DNA of 64,000 nucleotides. Origin: Nitrosopumilus sp. (GTDB lineage: Archaea; Thermoproteota; Nitrososphaeria; Nitrososphaerales; Nitrosopumilaceae). The notes beneath the pieces are model-generated. The model saw nothing but the letters and a program-made list of their open reading frames with translations. It had not been told where the DNA came from and did not search any database. Position numbers and translations under genes: made by a program. The stretch spans positions 1,632,001 through 1,696,000 of the forward strand of contig OZ245003.1 of NCBI GenBank assembly GCA_965223425.1. Direction: 5' to 3'. Within the stretch, counting starts at the first letter, position 1, and every line of letters starts with the position of its first letter. This document shows, piece after piece, positions 1 to 10,081 of this stretch.

Positions 1-25
1 GACAGTTACCGGCTCCCTTGAGAGC

Positions 26-1186
26 ATGGAGAAGGCAGCAAAGGAATCGTCAATACCACTTGAGACCAACCTCGTCAGGCCCGTACTCCATGACACCTTC
101 TGGGTCTGCATGATAGGCAAGGGATATCCCGCACCCTCAAACACGTTCCGGTGGTGTACTGACAGGCTGAAGATAAAGAGCGCAAACAGGTTCATAGAAG
201 AGAGGGTGTCTGAACACGGCGAGGTTGTGATGGTCCTTGGCAGCAGAAAGGCAGAAAGCAGCACCAGGGCACATGTGATGGACAACCACAAAATCAGTGG
301 GAGCCACCTCTCACACCACAACATGCTTCCACAGGCGTTCATCTATGCCCCCCTGCAGGACTTTACCACAGAAGACGTATGGAACTATCTCTTGCAAAAT
401 TCCGCCAACCAGTGGGGCGGAAACAACCGCGATCTTTTATCCATGTATCAGGATGCAAATGCCGCCGAATGCCCGCTAGTGATTGACACCAGCACGTCCT
501 CATGCGGCAACAGCAGGTTCGGATGCTGGGTGTGTACGGTGGTCGAGCGCGACAAATCCATGGAGAGCATGATTGATAACGGCCAGGACTGGATGGAGCC
601 GTTGCTTGAGCTCAGGCAGATGCTAAAGGACACGCAGGTCCCAGAAAGGAAGAACGAGTTTCGCGAGCTCAAACACAGGAACGGCCGCGTCATATTTTGG
701 AACGACAGGATAGCCTACGGCCCGTACAAGTTTGAATTCTGCAAGAGGATATTTGAAAATCTTATACGTGCCCAGATGGCAGTACGCAAAAACGGCCCTG
801 ATCCGGACATCGCATTAATACATGATGACGAGATTCATGAGATCCAGCGCATATGGAGAACAGAGCACGGGGACTGGAAGAATTCCGCATACGGCACATA
901 CAAGGGCATTACAGGGGATGAAATTGCCCCGATTGAGGAGGACCTGGGGGCCTTTGGACTGGTGGAGCAGTCAGAACTAGAGAAATCCTGCAAGGAGCAC
1001 GACATCCCATACGAGCTCATGGCAAGATCCCTCCAGGTGGAGTTTGACATGCAGTCAATTACAAGCAGGCAAAAGGTGCACACGGCGCTCTCAAAAATAC
1101 TGACAGAGGAGTGGCGCCAGGACATGGATGAGGCAGTAAGGGACGTGGCAGAAAGAAAGAGCAAGATAAAGGAGATTTATGAGTAG
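26..1186 (+). CDS. dndC: DNA phosphorothioation protein DndC (PAPS-reductase-like), 5' truncated by window edge
   Basis: IGKGYPAP..FRWCTDRLKI, LGSRKAES, ECPLVIDTSTSSCGNSRFGCWVCT motifs; frame is open to the window start. Confidence 0.93.
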   Translation: MEKAAKESSIPLETNLVRPVLHDTFWVCMIGKGYPAPSNTFRWCTDRLKIKSANRFIEERVSEHGEVVMVLGSRKAESSTRAHVMDNHKISGSHLSHHNMLPQAFIYAPLQDFTTEDVWNYLLQNSANQWGGNNRDLLSMYQDANAAECPLVIDTSTSSCGNSRFGCWVCTVVERDKSMESMIDNGQDWMEPLLELRQMLKDTQVPERKNEFRELKHRNGRVIFWNDRIAYGPYKFEFCKRIFENLIRAQMAVRKNGPDPDIALIHDDEIHEIQRIWRTEHGDWKNSAYGTYKGITGDEIAPIEEDLGAFGLVEQSELEKSCKEHDIPYELMARSLQVEFDMQSITSRQKVHTALSKILTEEWRQDMDEAVRDVAERKSKIKEIYE

Positions 1187-1188
1187 AT

Positions 1189-3207
1189 ATGCTGCTTGAA
1201 AGACTGGTCCTTGAGAACTATGGGGTCTATGCAGGCAGATCAGAGTTTGACCTGTCATGTACGGAGGAAAAGCCGATTGTCCTCATAGGCGGACTTAATG
1301 GCGCGGGGAAGACTACCGTCTTTGAGTCGCTGATGATCGCACTGTACGGCAGGACATACCTTGGAAGGCGCGCAACAAAAAAGGAATACATGAAGTTTGT
1401 CGGAGACAGAATTCACAGACACGGGGATGTACATGCGGACTTCGCCTCAGTCGAGGTGGCCTTTCGGTTCTACCACAACGGATGCGACGACAGGTACGAG
1501 GTGGAACGAAGCTGGACAAGGGAGGGCGCCTCTGTTTCCGAATCGCTCCTGGTACGAAAGAACGGCAGGTCGCTAAACGATGTGGATGAGTCCCAGTGGC
1601 AGTCGTTTATAGAGGGACTCCTGCCTCTCGGAATAGCAAAGCTGTTCTTTTTTGACGGTGAGAAGATAGTGCGGATTACAGAATGGGGGAACAGCGGCAA
1701 TGATGAGATAAGGTTCTCACTTGACATTTTGCTTGGGGCAGAACTGATCAACAGGCTTCATTCAGACCTGGAGCTTTACATGGTAAGAAGATCCGGCAGG
1801 GAAGGCGGCGGCAATGACTGCGCAATACAGGAAAAATACGACAATATGAGACGGGAAAAAGAGGAGCTGGTCTCAGAGATTGTGTCCCTGTCAGCAGAGA
1901 ACGAGAGAAAAAACGCAGAGATTCAGCAGGTCACATCGAAAATTAACATGAAGGAGTCCGGGATAGCCGGAGTCGGCGGCGGATATGCGAACATACGTGA
2001 AGGCCTCCTCACACAAAAGGCGACACTCCAGGAAAAGATCAGACATCAGGGGGGGACAATCCAGGAGGAGCTGGGAGGGGATGCGCCGCTATACATGATG
2101 TACTCGATGATGAGAGGCATCAAGGATCAGATAGAGTGCGACATGTCAATCATTAATCAAAAGGCGACTGCACGCATGATACGTGAAAAGTCAGAAAAGC
2201 TCAAGGAGGAGATCTCTTCTGATGAAAAATTATGGCCCGACAATACAGATTCAGAACAAATCTCAGGGAAGATATTGGAAAAACTGCACAATATGTTTGC
2301 AGAGCCAAAAGATGATGTCTTTTTTGAGATTGGCACATCTGATGCCTCGTGGTTACGGCAGAAGATATCCGGAATTGGCAATGAATCCAAATCACTCCAG
2401 GTGAAAATAAGCGAATATGGAATGACTGTAAAGGACCTTGAAAAGATTGAATCGGAGCTGCTAAAAGTTCCAAGGGACGACGAGATAGGTCCCAAAATAT
2501 CCGAGATTAACGCGCTGCATCAGGAGATTGGAATATTAAAGTCCGAGGTGGCACATATTGACCGGCAGATATCATCAAAGCGCGCATACCAGAGGATACT
2601 TCAAGGCAAGCTAAAGGTACTGGTGGACTCTATCCACAAGGACAAGATGACAGATGCCGGAATGCAGCTTGCCTCCGGAATGCAGAAGGCCCTGGACACA
2701 TACTCGACTAACCTAAGGGAGCAAAAGATACGTGAGCTCGAATCCAACCTGCTTGACGCAGTGGGGCTGCTGCTCCACAAAAAACACATACACAAAATAA
2801 GGATAGACGGCCGGACATTTGAGATAAACGCGTACGGGAAGGAGGAGGATGACGGCCGCGACGTGGAAAACCCGGTCGAACTAAAGTCGATGGGTGAGAG
2901 GCAGATGATTGGAACGGCGCTGCTTTGGGCCATTGCACGAACAAGCGGAAGGTCACTTCCGTTTGTCATTGATACGCCGCTTGGACGGCTTGACGGCATG
3001 CACCTCTCAAACCTGATGAACAGGTTCTATCCGTTTGCCTCACACCAGATTGTTTTGCTGTCGACAGACAGGGAGATTGGCGCCAAGGAATACGCGGAGC
3101 TGGAGCAGTACACGTCAAGATCATACAGGATAACATGCGATGAAGGCATATCAACTAGCACGGTGACGGAGGGATACTTTGTGGGGGAGACAGTTGCACA
3201 GGCTTGA
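1189..3207 (+). CDS. dndD: DNA sulfur modification protein DndD (SMC-like ATPase)
   Basis: Walker A GLNGAGKTT, LFFFDGEKI, long coiled coil, SMGERQ signature, IDTPLGRLD..H, LLSTDREI. Confidence 0.93.
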   Translation: MLLERLVLENYGVYAGRSEFDLSCTEEKPIVLIGGLNGAGKTTVFESLMIALYGRTYLGRRATKKEYMKFVGDRIHRHGDVHADFASVEVAFRFYHNGCDDRYEVERSWTREGASVSESLLVRKNGRSLNDVDESQWQSFIEGLLPLGIAKLFFFDGEKIVRITEWGNSGNDEIRFSLDILLGAELINRLHSDLELYMVRRSGREGGGNDCAIQEKYDNMRREKEELVSEIVSLSAENERKNAEIQQVTSKINMKESGIAGVGGGYANIREGLLTQKATLQEKIRHQGGTIQEELGGDAPLYMMYSMMRGIKDQIECDMSIINQKATARMIREKSEKLKEEISSDEKLWPDNTDSEQISGKILEKLHNMFAEPKDDVFFEIGTSDASWLRQKISGIGNESKSLQVKISEYGMTVKDLEKIESELLKVPRDDEIGPKISEINALHQEIGILKSEVAHIDRQISSKRAYQRILQGKLKVLVDSIHKDKMTDAGMQLASGMQKALDTYSTNLREQKIRELESNLLDAVGLLLHKKHIHKIRIDGRTFEINAYGKEEDDGRDVENPVELKSMGERQMIGTALLWAIARTSGRSLPFVIDTPLGRLDGMHLSNLMNRFYPFASHQIVLLSTDREIGAKEYAELEQYTSRSYRITCDEGISTSTVTEGYFVGETVAQA

Positions 3208-3565
3208 GAAGGTAAGACTGTCAATAAGGTCGCAAAACCATCTGGGACAGCTCAAACACAAGACAGGCCTGTCAATCAACGTTCTTGCCAGATTCGGAAT
3301 CTGCCTCTCCTTGAAGGATTCCAGTCTGCCAAATCCGGACATGTATGACGAGAAGGGAATGGAGCTGCTTCCACACGTACTGTTTGGGAAAAACGAGCTG
3401 ATATATGCCGCAATGTTTCAGAAGAGGCTTTATGACGACGGGCTTGACTATCAGAAATATGCCGGCCGCATGATACGGGCGCACATAAACCGCGGTGCCG
3501 GGATTCTGTTTCCAAGAATTGACAGACTGGAAGGCTTTGGAGTCCTGCTGGAGAAAAACGCATAG
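3179..3565 (+). CDS. dndE: DNA sulfur modification protein DndE (true start probably TTG ~3194)
   Basis: LKHKTGLSINVLARFGICLSL and RAHINRG motifs; position between dndD and dndA. Confidence 0.88.
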   Translation: MWGRQLHRLEKVRLSIRSQNHLGQLKHKTGLSINVLARFGICLSLKDSSLPNPDMYDEKGMELLPHVLFGKNELIYAAMFQKRLYDDGLDYQKYAGRMIRAHINRGAGILFPRIDRLEGFGVLLEKNA

Positions 3566-3568
3566 GAT

Positions 3569-4744
3569 ATGACCGGGACAGGTTTTCCCATTTATCTTGA
3601 CAATCATGCCACCACAAAGCTTGACCCGCGAGTATTGGAGGAGATGATGCCGTACCTTACCGAAAAATTCGGCAACGCATCCAGCATGGATCACGCGTAC
3701 GGACATGACGCATCAGTTGCCGTGGAATCCGCACGTGAAGGGATTGCCGGCATAATCAATGCAAGGCACGATGAGATAGTCTTTACGTCCGGGGCCACAG
3801 AGTCAGACAACATTGCGCTGATTGGAACGATGGAAAGGTACGGGGACCGGGGAAATCACCTGATCACGTGCGTCACAGAACACAGGGCAGTCCTTGACAC
3901 TGCAAGGCATCTGGAGAATTTCGGCAAAAAGGTGACGTATCTTCCAGTTGATCAGTACGGTCAGGTCAGTCTTGATGACATACAAAATGCAATCACAGAC
4001 AAAACGGTAATGATATCAGTCATGATGGCAAACAACGAGATTGGGACAGTTGCCGACGTTGCCAAAATCGGAAGGCTTGCCCATGACAGGGGAGTAATAT
4101 TTCACACAGATGCCGCACAGACTGTCGGACACATCCCAGTGGATGTGCAGCAGATGAACATTGATCTGATGTCATTTTCTGCACACAAGATGTACGGGCC
4201 CAAGGGCGTCGGTGCGCTGTATATTCGCGGAATAAGCCCCAGGATAAAACCTGCCCCCATTATTCATGGCGGCGGACAGGAGAGAAACATACGTTCAGGG
4301 ACCATAAACGTCCCGGGGGTGGTAGGCTTTGGCAAGGCAGCAGAGATTGCCGCAAGGGAGATGGAGTCAGAGAACAAAAGATTCAGGAAATGGAATGACT
4401 CTATGCTGTCGGACTTTGAGAAGGTCGGGGGACTGCTCAACGGGCATCAGACAGAGAGGCTCTCACACAATCTCAACGTCTGCTTTCCAAAAACTGAGGG
4501 CAAGGCAATAATTAATTCCATATCCAAGGAAATTGCAATATCTGCCGGTTCTGCATGCACGGCACAGACTGTGGAGCCGTCCCATGTCATTCTTGCGCTG
4601 GGTTACGGCGAGGGGCGCGCACACTCGTCTGTACGGATTGGATTCGGCAGGTTCAACGAGGAGGGGGAGACGGAGTATTGCGCAAAGGCAGTATCAAAGT
4701 CAGTGGAGTCCCTCAGGGGAATTACCCTGAATAACAAAAGCTAG
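3569..4744 (+). CDS. dndA: Cysteine desulfurase DndA/IscS
   Basis: YLDNHATT, FTSGATES, HTDAAQ, SAHKMYGPKG (PLP lysine), SAGSAC (catalytic Cys); dnd operon context. Confidence 0.92.
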   Translation: MTGTGFPIYLDNHATTKLDPRVLEEMMPYLTEKFGNASSMDHAYGHDASVAVESAREGIAGIINARHDEIVFTSGATESDNIALIGTMERYGDRGNHLITCVTEHRAVLDTARHLENFGKKVTYLPVDQYGQVSLDDIQNAITDKTVMISVMMANNEIGTVADVAKIGRLAHDRGVIFHTDAAQTVGHIPVDVQQMNIDLMSFSAHKMYGPKGVGALYIRGISPRIKPAPIIHGGGQERNIRSGTINVPGVVGFGKAAEIAAREMESENKRFRKWNDSMLSDFEKVGGLLNGHQTERLSHNLNVCFPKTEGKAIINSISKEIAISAGSACTAQTVEPSHVILALGYGEGRAHSSVRIGFGRFNEEGETEYCAKAVSKSVESLRGITLNNKS

Positions 4745-4836
4745 CGCGTCATACTGCTGCTGATGCCGGCACATGAAACTGCACTGGGCCGGCAAAATCC
4801 AAACTGTAAATAGCATAAAGCGCACAGTATTGTATC

Positions 4837-5694
4837 ATGTGCGCATATGGAATAATCATTCATGGCGGGGCAGGCGATTCGGACACTGATGATCCGCATG
4901 CAAAGGGGACAATGCAAAAAATTATCGACTCGTCATGTAAGATGCTGAGGGATGGCTGTTCTGCCGTCGATGTTGCAGAACATGCAGTATCAGAAATGGA
5001 GAACTCTGGAAAGTTCAACGCAGGAGCAGGGTCATGTCTCACAGAAAAGGGCACAATAGAGATGGATGCAGGTATTATGAACGGGGAGACCATGCAGTGC
5101 GGTGCAGTCGCAATAATCAACGGCGTGAAAAATCCAGTAATGGTGGCAAGGCAGGTAATGTCCGAATCCGAACACTCTCTAATTGCAGGAAATGGCGCAC
5201 TTGAATTTGCGCTGGCACACGGATTCTCAAAGTTTGAGATCGTGCCGAAAAAAACACAGATGGAAAAACTGGAAAAAATACTGATGCACAAATATGGAAC
5301 AGTCGGGGCAGTGGTGATTGATGCAAAATCAAACATAGTGTCAGCAGTATCTACTGGGGGGATATGGTCCAAGACCTGCGGCAGAATAGGGGATTCGGCA
5401 ATTGCAGGCTCTGGGTTTTATGCAAACAACAGTGCGGGAGGCGCCGTGGCAACAGGCGAGGGCGATGTAATAATAAAGTCATGTCTTACAAAAAACGTAT
5501 GCGACATGATGTATTCGGGGATATCCGTCCAGGAGGCCGCAGACATTGCAATCCATGATCTTGGGCGGCTTGGAGGAAAGGGCGGCGTCATTGCAGTGGG
5601 CAGAGATGGGAAAATTGGCGCCTCGTTTAACACAAAGACGATGCTTTTTGCACATGTGAGCGATGATGGCGCAGAAGAACCACCATCATTCTGA
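4837..5694 (+). CDS. Isoaspartyl peptidase / plant-type L-asparaginase (Ntn hydrolase)
   Basis: IHGGAG, FNAGAGS, EMDAGIM, GTVGAV (Thr nucleophile), GRIGDS, ATGEGD. Confidence 0.9.
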   Translation: MCAYGIIIHGGAGDSDTDDPHAKGTMQKIIDSSCKMLRDGCSAVDVAEHAVSEMENSGKFNAGAGSCLTEKGTIEMDAGIMNGETMQCGAVAIINGVKNPVMVARQVMSESEHSLIAGNGALEFALAHGFSKFEIVPKKTQMEKLEKILMHKYGTVGAVVIDAKSNIVSAVSTGGIWSKTCGRIGDSAIAGSGFYANNSAGGAVATGEGDVIIKSCLTKNVCDMMYSGISVQEAADIAIHDLGRLGGKGGVIAVGRDGKIGASFNTKTMLFAHVSDDGAEEPPSF

Positions 5695-5743
5695 AGGGCC
5701 GACTATTAGAAATTTATTTAAAGTCAAGCATCAAACATACTCC

Positions 5744-6568
5744 ATGTTAGAAATTCCTTCCAAATCGATTGATATTCCGCTTGAAGAGATAACGCTGGGC
5801 AAAAGTCAGGCAAGACAGAGAGACACAAAGGTTGACGAAGATGATGATTTGGTTCACAGCATCCGTAAAAATGGACTGATCACCCCGATAATTGTAAAAA
5901 AAATTGAAGATAGAAAATATGAGCTGCTGGTGGGACAGCGCAGATTCCGGGCTCACGAAATTCTAAAAAAATCCACAATTAGGGCCCAGGTTATGGAAAG
6001 GGACATCGATGAGTTTGAAGCCAAAAAGATTTCCCTGATTGAAAATGCGGCACGCAAAGACATGAAGCATGCAGATTATATGGACACCATTCAAATGTTT
6101 ATGGAAAAGTATAACGGAAGAGTGGCAACTGTTGCAGAAGAACTTGGACTGTCAACTGGTACTGTGAGCAAATATTTTTCAGTTAGCAATCTGCCAGAAA
6201 ATGTCAAGAGTAAGGTAAGAGAGAAAAAGATCAGTCCTGCAAACGCTATAAAGGCCCTCAATGCGCTGGGTGGCGAAGTTTCAGAAGTGAATGAAGATGA
6301 CCTGCTGGAAACTGCCGAAGAAATGCAAAAGCTATCTCCACAGTCCAGGAAAAAATTCGTAGAGATAAAGAAACATGAGGAGGGAATTTCCACAAGCAAA
6401 GCAGTGGAACAGGCAAAAAAACGAGTCGAATTACATCATGTTAGTTTAGATGCAACAGACGACCAGCTAATCAGAATAGAAAAATTCAAGGAGAAGGAAA
6501 GCATTGAAGAAACAGGTGACGCAGTGAGTGAATTAGTGGATCTTGGTTTGGATGCATCTGATGTCTGA
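5744..6568 (+). CDS. ParB/Srx-domain protein with HTH
   Basis: LVHSIRKNGLITPIIV, LLVGQRRFRA, ISLIENAARKD, then HTH; start chosen from TTTAAA at 5717. Confidence 0.85.
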   Translation: MLEIPSKSIDIPLEEITLGKSQARQRDTKVDEDDDLVHSIRKNGLITPIIVKKIEDRKYELLVGQRRFRAHEILKKSTIRAQVMERDIDEFEAKKISLIENAARKDMKHADYMDTIQMFMEKYNGRVATVAEELGLSTGTVSKYFSVSNLPENVKSKVREKKISPANAIKALNALGGEVSEVNEDDLLETAEEMQKLSPQSRKKFVEIKKHEEGISTSKAVEQAKKRVELHHVSLDATDDQLIRIEKFKEKESIEETGDAVSELVDLGLDASDV

Positions 6569-7305
6569 TGTCACTGTTAAAAGATCCAAAACGTCTTGCC
6601 GAATTGTTATGCAGCATTAAGGTGTCACATACTGACAGACCCCTGACTCCCATGGAGACTGCCGAGAGAATAAAACTGCTGGAAAAGGAGGGTTATGACA
6701 AAAACACACTCTCAAAGAGACTGTCACTTTCCACAGATATGATTGATTTGTTTTTACAACTCTTGAGGCTCCCTCAGAAAATCCAGGACATCGTAAATTG
6801 GGGGGCATCAAAAAAAGATACCGGTGAAATCTCCTTTACGTCGGCAGCCGAACTAGTCAAGCTGGACAACCCTGATGACATGTTAAAACTGGCAGGAGCC
6901 ATCACAGGCATGCCCAGACCTGTAAACAAAAACGAGGTAAAGGGGATAGTCAGCCTCAAAAAGAACAACCCAGGAAAACCCATTGAGGAGTGCATAACAG
7001 AGGTGCTCAACGTCACGCGGCCCGTAATAATCAATCACTTTCTGTTCATCAGTGGCATAAAACCTGCCACCGTCCAGTCACTCAGAAAGGCATCAGAGAA
7101 AAACAACACGGACTTGAACACGTTTTCATCAGAGATAATCTCCAAAAAGCTTCCAAACGATTCTGTAAAGGACGTGAATATGCATGATGACTATGTCCGC
7201 ATCGCCTTTACAGAAGAGGGAAGGAACCATTTTCACAAATATGCCGATTCTGAAGGCATATCGATCAAGGACGTGGTTAACCATATCTTTGAAGAAGTGA
7301 TGTGA
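6568..7305 (+). CDS. ParB-like HTH protein lacking the N-terminal CTPase domain
   Basis: PLTPMETAERI..LSKRLSLS..LLRLPQKIQDIV..ISFTSAAEL resembles the ParB central HTH; overlaps the stop of the previous gene. Confidence 0.6.
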   Translation: MSLLKDPKRLAELLCSIKVSHTDRPLTPMETAERIKLLEKEGYDKNTLSKRLSLSTDMIDLFLQLLRLPQKIQDIVNWGASKKDTGEISFTSAAELVKLDNPDDMLKLAGAITGMPRPVNKNEVKGIVSLKKNNPGKPIEECITEVLNVTRPVIINHFLFISGIKPATVQSLRKASEKNNTDLNTFSSEIISKKLPNDSVKDVNMHDDYVRIAFTEEGRNHFHKYADSEGISIKDVVNHIFEEVM

Positions 7306-8346
7306 ATGAATGAAGACGAGCTTTTCTCCAAGGTAAAAATTACAAATGACGGTGCGATATGTTTGGGTGACTCTGTTGTCTGTGACGGGTTTGAGCGCGG
7401 CTATCACGCTGCCGTGTTTACACACATTCATTCAGACCACATATCTTCCAGCTTTGAGACATGCATGCACCAGTATGACGTGTATTCCTCAAAAATTACG
7501 GGGGACCTGCTTGAAGCCATGACTGAGGACACGTATCTCAAAAGAACGCAGTTTCATAGAATGGACTATGAAGAGGCCGAAATGATCAAGTGCAATGACA
7601 GGGGCGATTTTCTGACACTGATACAGTCAAGGCATATGCTGGGTTCAAGTCAGGTTTTTCTGGAAACACATGACAGATTAAAAATTATGTACTCTGGTGA
7701 CATTTCACCAGAAGACAGGCCGCGCAAATGTGACATTCTTGTCATTGATTCGACGCACGGCAATCCGCTTTTTGACAAAGTTATCAGCAGTGAAAGCCTG
7801 GAGCGAAGGCTCAATGATGTGGTAATCGAGGCAATAGACAAGAAAAGGCCAGTATGCATTCATGCGCACAGGGGAAAACTTCAGCACATCATGCACATGC
7901 TTTCAAAGGATGGTAACATTCCAAAAACCGTTCCATTTCTGTCCGAACACGTCGAAAACAAGATTGCATCCGTTTATGACAAAAACGAATGTAAAATTTC
8001 CAGGAAACTGTATGATATCAGTTCCTATGAGGGAAGCAAGATTATCGGCGATACGTACCCGTGGATAGAGTTCAGCTCGACCCCGCGCGAAAGCGAGAGG
8101 GAGAAGCGGGGCCAGATGCTGACTATCAGCATGATGGGAAGGTATGGTCAGGACACAATATCTCACAATGGCGCAAAGTGGTGGATTGCCTCAAACGAGC
8201 ATGCTGAATTTTCTGAGCTATTAGAGTATGTAAGGAATGCCGACCCGCACATTGTAGTCACTGACAACATGCGAACCAGAAACGGGGTTACACTGGCAAA
8301 GGAAATAAACAGCAAGTTGGGAATACCTGCAAGACCGATGCCGTAA
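7306..8346 (+). CDS. Metallo-beta-lactamase/beta-CASP fold nuclease
   Basis: FTHIHSDH, HMLGS, YSGDI, LVIDSTHG, NEHAEFSEL motifs. Confidence 0.8.
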   Translation: MNEDELFSKVKITNDGAICLGDSVVCDGFERGYHAAVFTHIHSDHISSSFETCMHQYDVYSSKITGDLLEAMTEDTYLKRTQFHRMDYEEAEMIKCNDRGDFLTLIQSRHMLGSSQVFLETHDRLKIMYSGDISPEDRPRKCDILVIDSTHGNPLFDKVISSESLERRLNDVVIEAIDKKRPVCIHAHRGKLQHIMHMLSKDGNIPKTVPFLSEHVENKIASVYDKNECKISRKLYDISSYEGSKIIGDTYPWIEFSSTPRESEREKRGQMLTISMMGRYGQDTISHNGAKWWIASNEHAEFSELLEYVRNADPHIVVTDNMRTRNGVTLAKEINSKLGIPARPMP

Positions 8347-8350
8347 CAAA

Positions 8351-9718
8351 ATGACCCTGACAAAATCAAATTTTAAAAACCATCTGAAAATATTCTTGAA
8401 GAGTGCCCTAATTATATGCAGAAAGGAGATTTCAGAAAATCCGGACATCTATGCAAAGGAGGTAAGAAGGCCGGCATTTAGTGGCGATACATTCACGGAT
8501 GTCAAAATTGAAGAAGGGATGGATTTTGAGAAGCTGCTATACACACTGCATGACAAAACAAGGAACCATCCAAACTTTGGCTCTTTGCAGGTGACGGTAA
8601 TGGATGTTTTGGAAGGCAGGGCCCGGCTGCTGGAAAAGAAAACAAAGTGTATGTTGGACGTTGATCTCAAACAGACAGACGATAGTCCGCTTTTTGATTT
8701 TGTGAGGATATATCTGGAGCGGTACGGATTGGACTTTGAGACGGAATCTTTTAAAAAGACATCACAAAATTTTCACCAGTACTTGGATGGGGACTATTTT
8801 TCATACCACTATCTTACTCCATTATACAACCTGCATGGCGGTTTTGAAAAAATTCACCTGTCTGAGGATCTGTGGATTAGAAGAATAACCGAGGATGAAT
8901 TCTCCAAAATTCTGAATATAAAAAATATGCCGGAAAAAGAAATTCCGACATACCAGAGAAGATTGAAATTTGTCATAGTTTGCAGGATGATTCGCAAGAA
9001 GGGGTCTGATTTCCCACAGACTGCCTTGGAAAATTTTGAAAACGTGGCAAACGCGCTAAAGGTCTTCGGGGACGACAACTCTGAATTTGGAAGCATATAC
9101 TGGATCTCATCGGAGAACTGGGATGTTGAGGGCCTGAAGTTAATAGAACAGGGCCACGAAAGAATTATTTCGTCGTCTGTCTATTCACTGGATGAGAGGG
9201 AGGCAGTAAGGTTTTCCAGATTTTATGAGGACCTGAGCTGCAAACTTTACAATTCAAAGAATTCCGAATTTTTAAAATCGGCCATCCGCAGATATGGAAT
9301 GGGTTTTCACCACAGGAGTCACGTTGACAAAATAGTTGACTGTGTGATTTCGTTGGAATCCCTCATTGTGGAGGGAGCGGGGGAATCAACGCTTAAACTG
9401 GCCCACAGAATGTCCTCACTGCTTGGAGAGTCTGATGTGGAGAGACTGGAAATTTGGAAGTTTATGAAGGAGGCATACAAGTTTAGAAGTGGAATACTGC
9501 ATGAATCAAAAAGCAGAAGGTTCAAAATCAATTCACATGCGTTGGATTTGAAGGTAGTGTCTGACAAGCTGGGGCGTTATACCAGGCAGTCCATACAAAG
9601 GATGATTCTGCTGCTAAACAGATACGAAACCCAGAAAGAGATTATCGATGAACTGGACAAGTCCATGTATGACAGGGGAAACTTGAAAAAACTACAGCAG
9701 TGTTGGAAGAATCTCTGA
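8351..9718 (+). CDS. ApeA-like HEPN domain protein (putative RNase)
   Basis: IVDCVISLESL..LKLAHRMSSLLG..AYKFRSGILH (RxxxxH). Confidence 0.75.
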   Translation: MTLTKSNFKNHLKIFLKSALIICRKEISENPDIYAKEVRRPAFSGDTFTDVKIEEGMDFEKLLYTLHDKTRNHPNFGSLQVTVMDVLEGRARLLEKKTKCMLDVDLKQTDDSPLFDFVRIYLERYGLDFETESFKKTSQNFHQYLDGDYFSYHYLTPLYNLHGGFEKIHLSEDLWIRRITEDEFSKILNIKNMPEKEIPTYQRRLKFVIVCRMIRKKGSDFPQTALENFENVANALKVFGDDNSEFGSIYWISSENWDVEGLKLIEQGHERIISSSVYSLDEREAVRFSRFYEDLSCKLYNSKNSEFLKSAIRRYGMGFHHRSHVDKIVDCVISLESLIVEGAGESTLKLAHRMSSLLGESDVERLEIWKFMKEAYKFRSGILHESKSRRFKINSHALDLKVVSDKLGRYTRQSIQRMILLLNRYETQKEIIDELDKSMYDRGNLKKLQQCWKNL

Positions 9719-9847
9719 ACTGCATGTGTGGTGTGTATTTTAAAGTGTCAATGACGTGGAAGTTATTTCTACAAAGTTTGCAGAGAGCGTTCCAAGTGAG
9801 CATATTCTGCTTAATAAGATAAATTTCCATCATTAGAGTGAGATAAG

Positions 9848-10081
9848 ATGTCAGAATGTGAATTTTCTGTAATAAAATATGTGCCAGACATAGTACGATT
9901 TGAACCGGTGAATATAGGAATCATCCTACTTGACAAGCAAAATAAAAAAATACACGTCAAGTACGTCACAAATTTTAACGAGTTATTTACGAGGTTGGGA
10001 GTCGAAAAAATTCACGGACTGGAAAAATCCTTTGGGAATTTCTCCCATTTCTACAGGAATTTATCCAAATCCGTGATCTGA
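9848..10081 (+). pseudogene. Truncated DUF3037-family protein
   Basis: EFSVIKYVPDIVRFEPVNIGIIL N-terminus; runs into the convergent R-M gene after ~65 aa. Confidence 0.6.
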
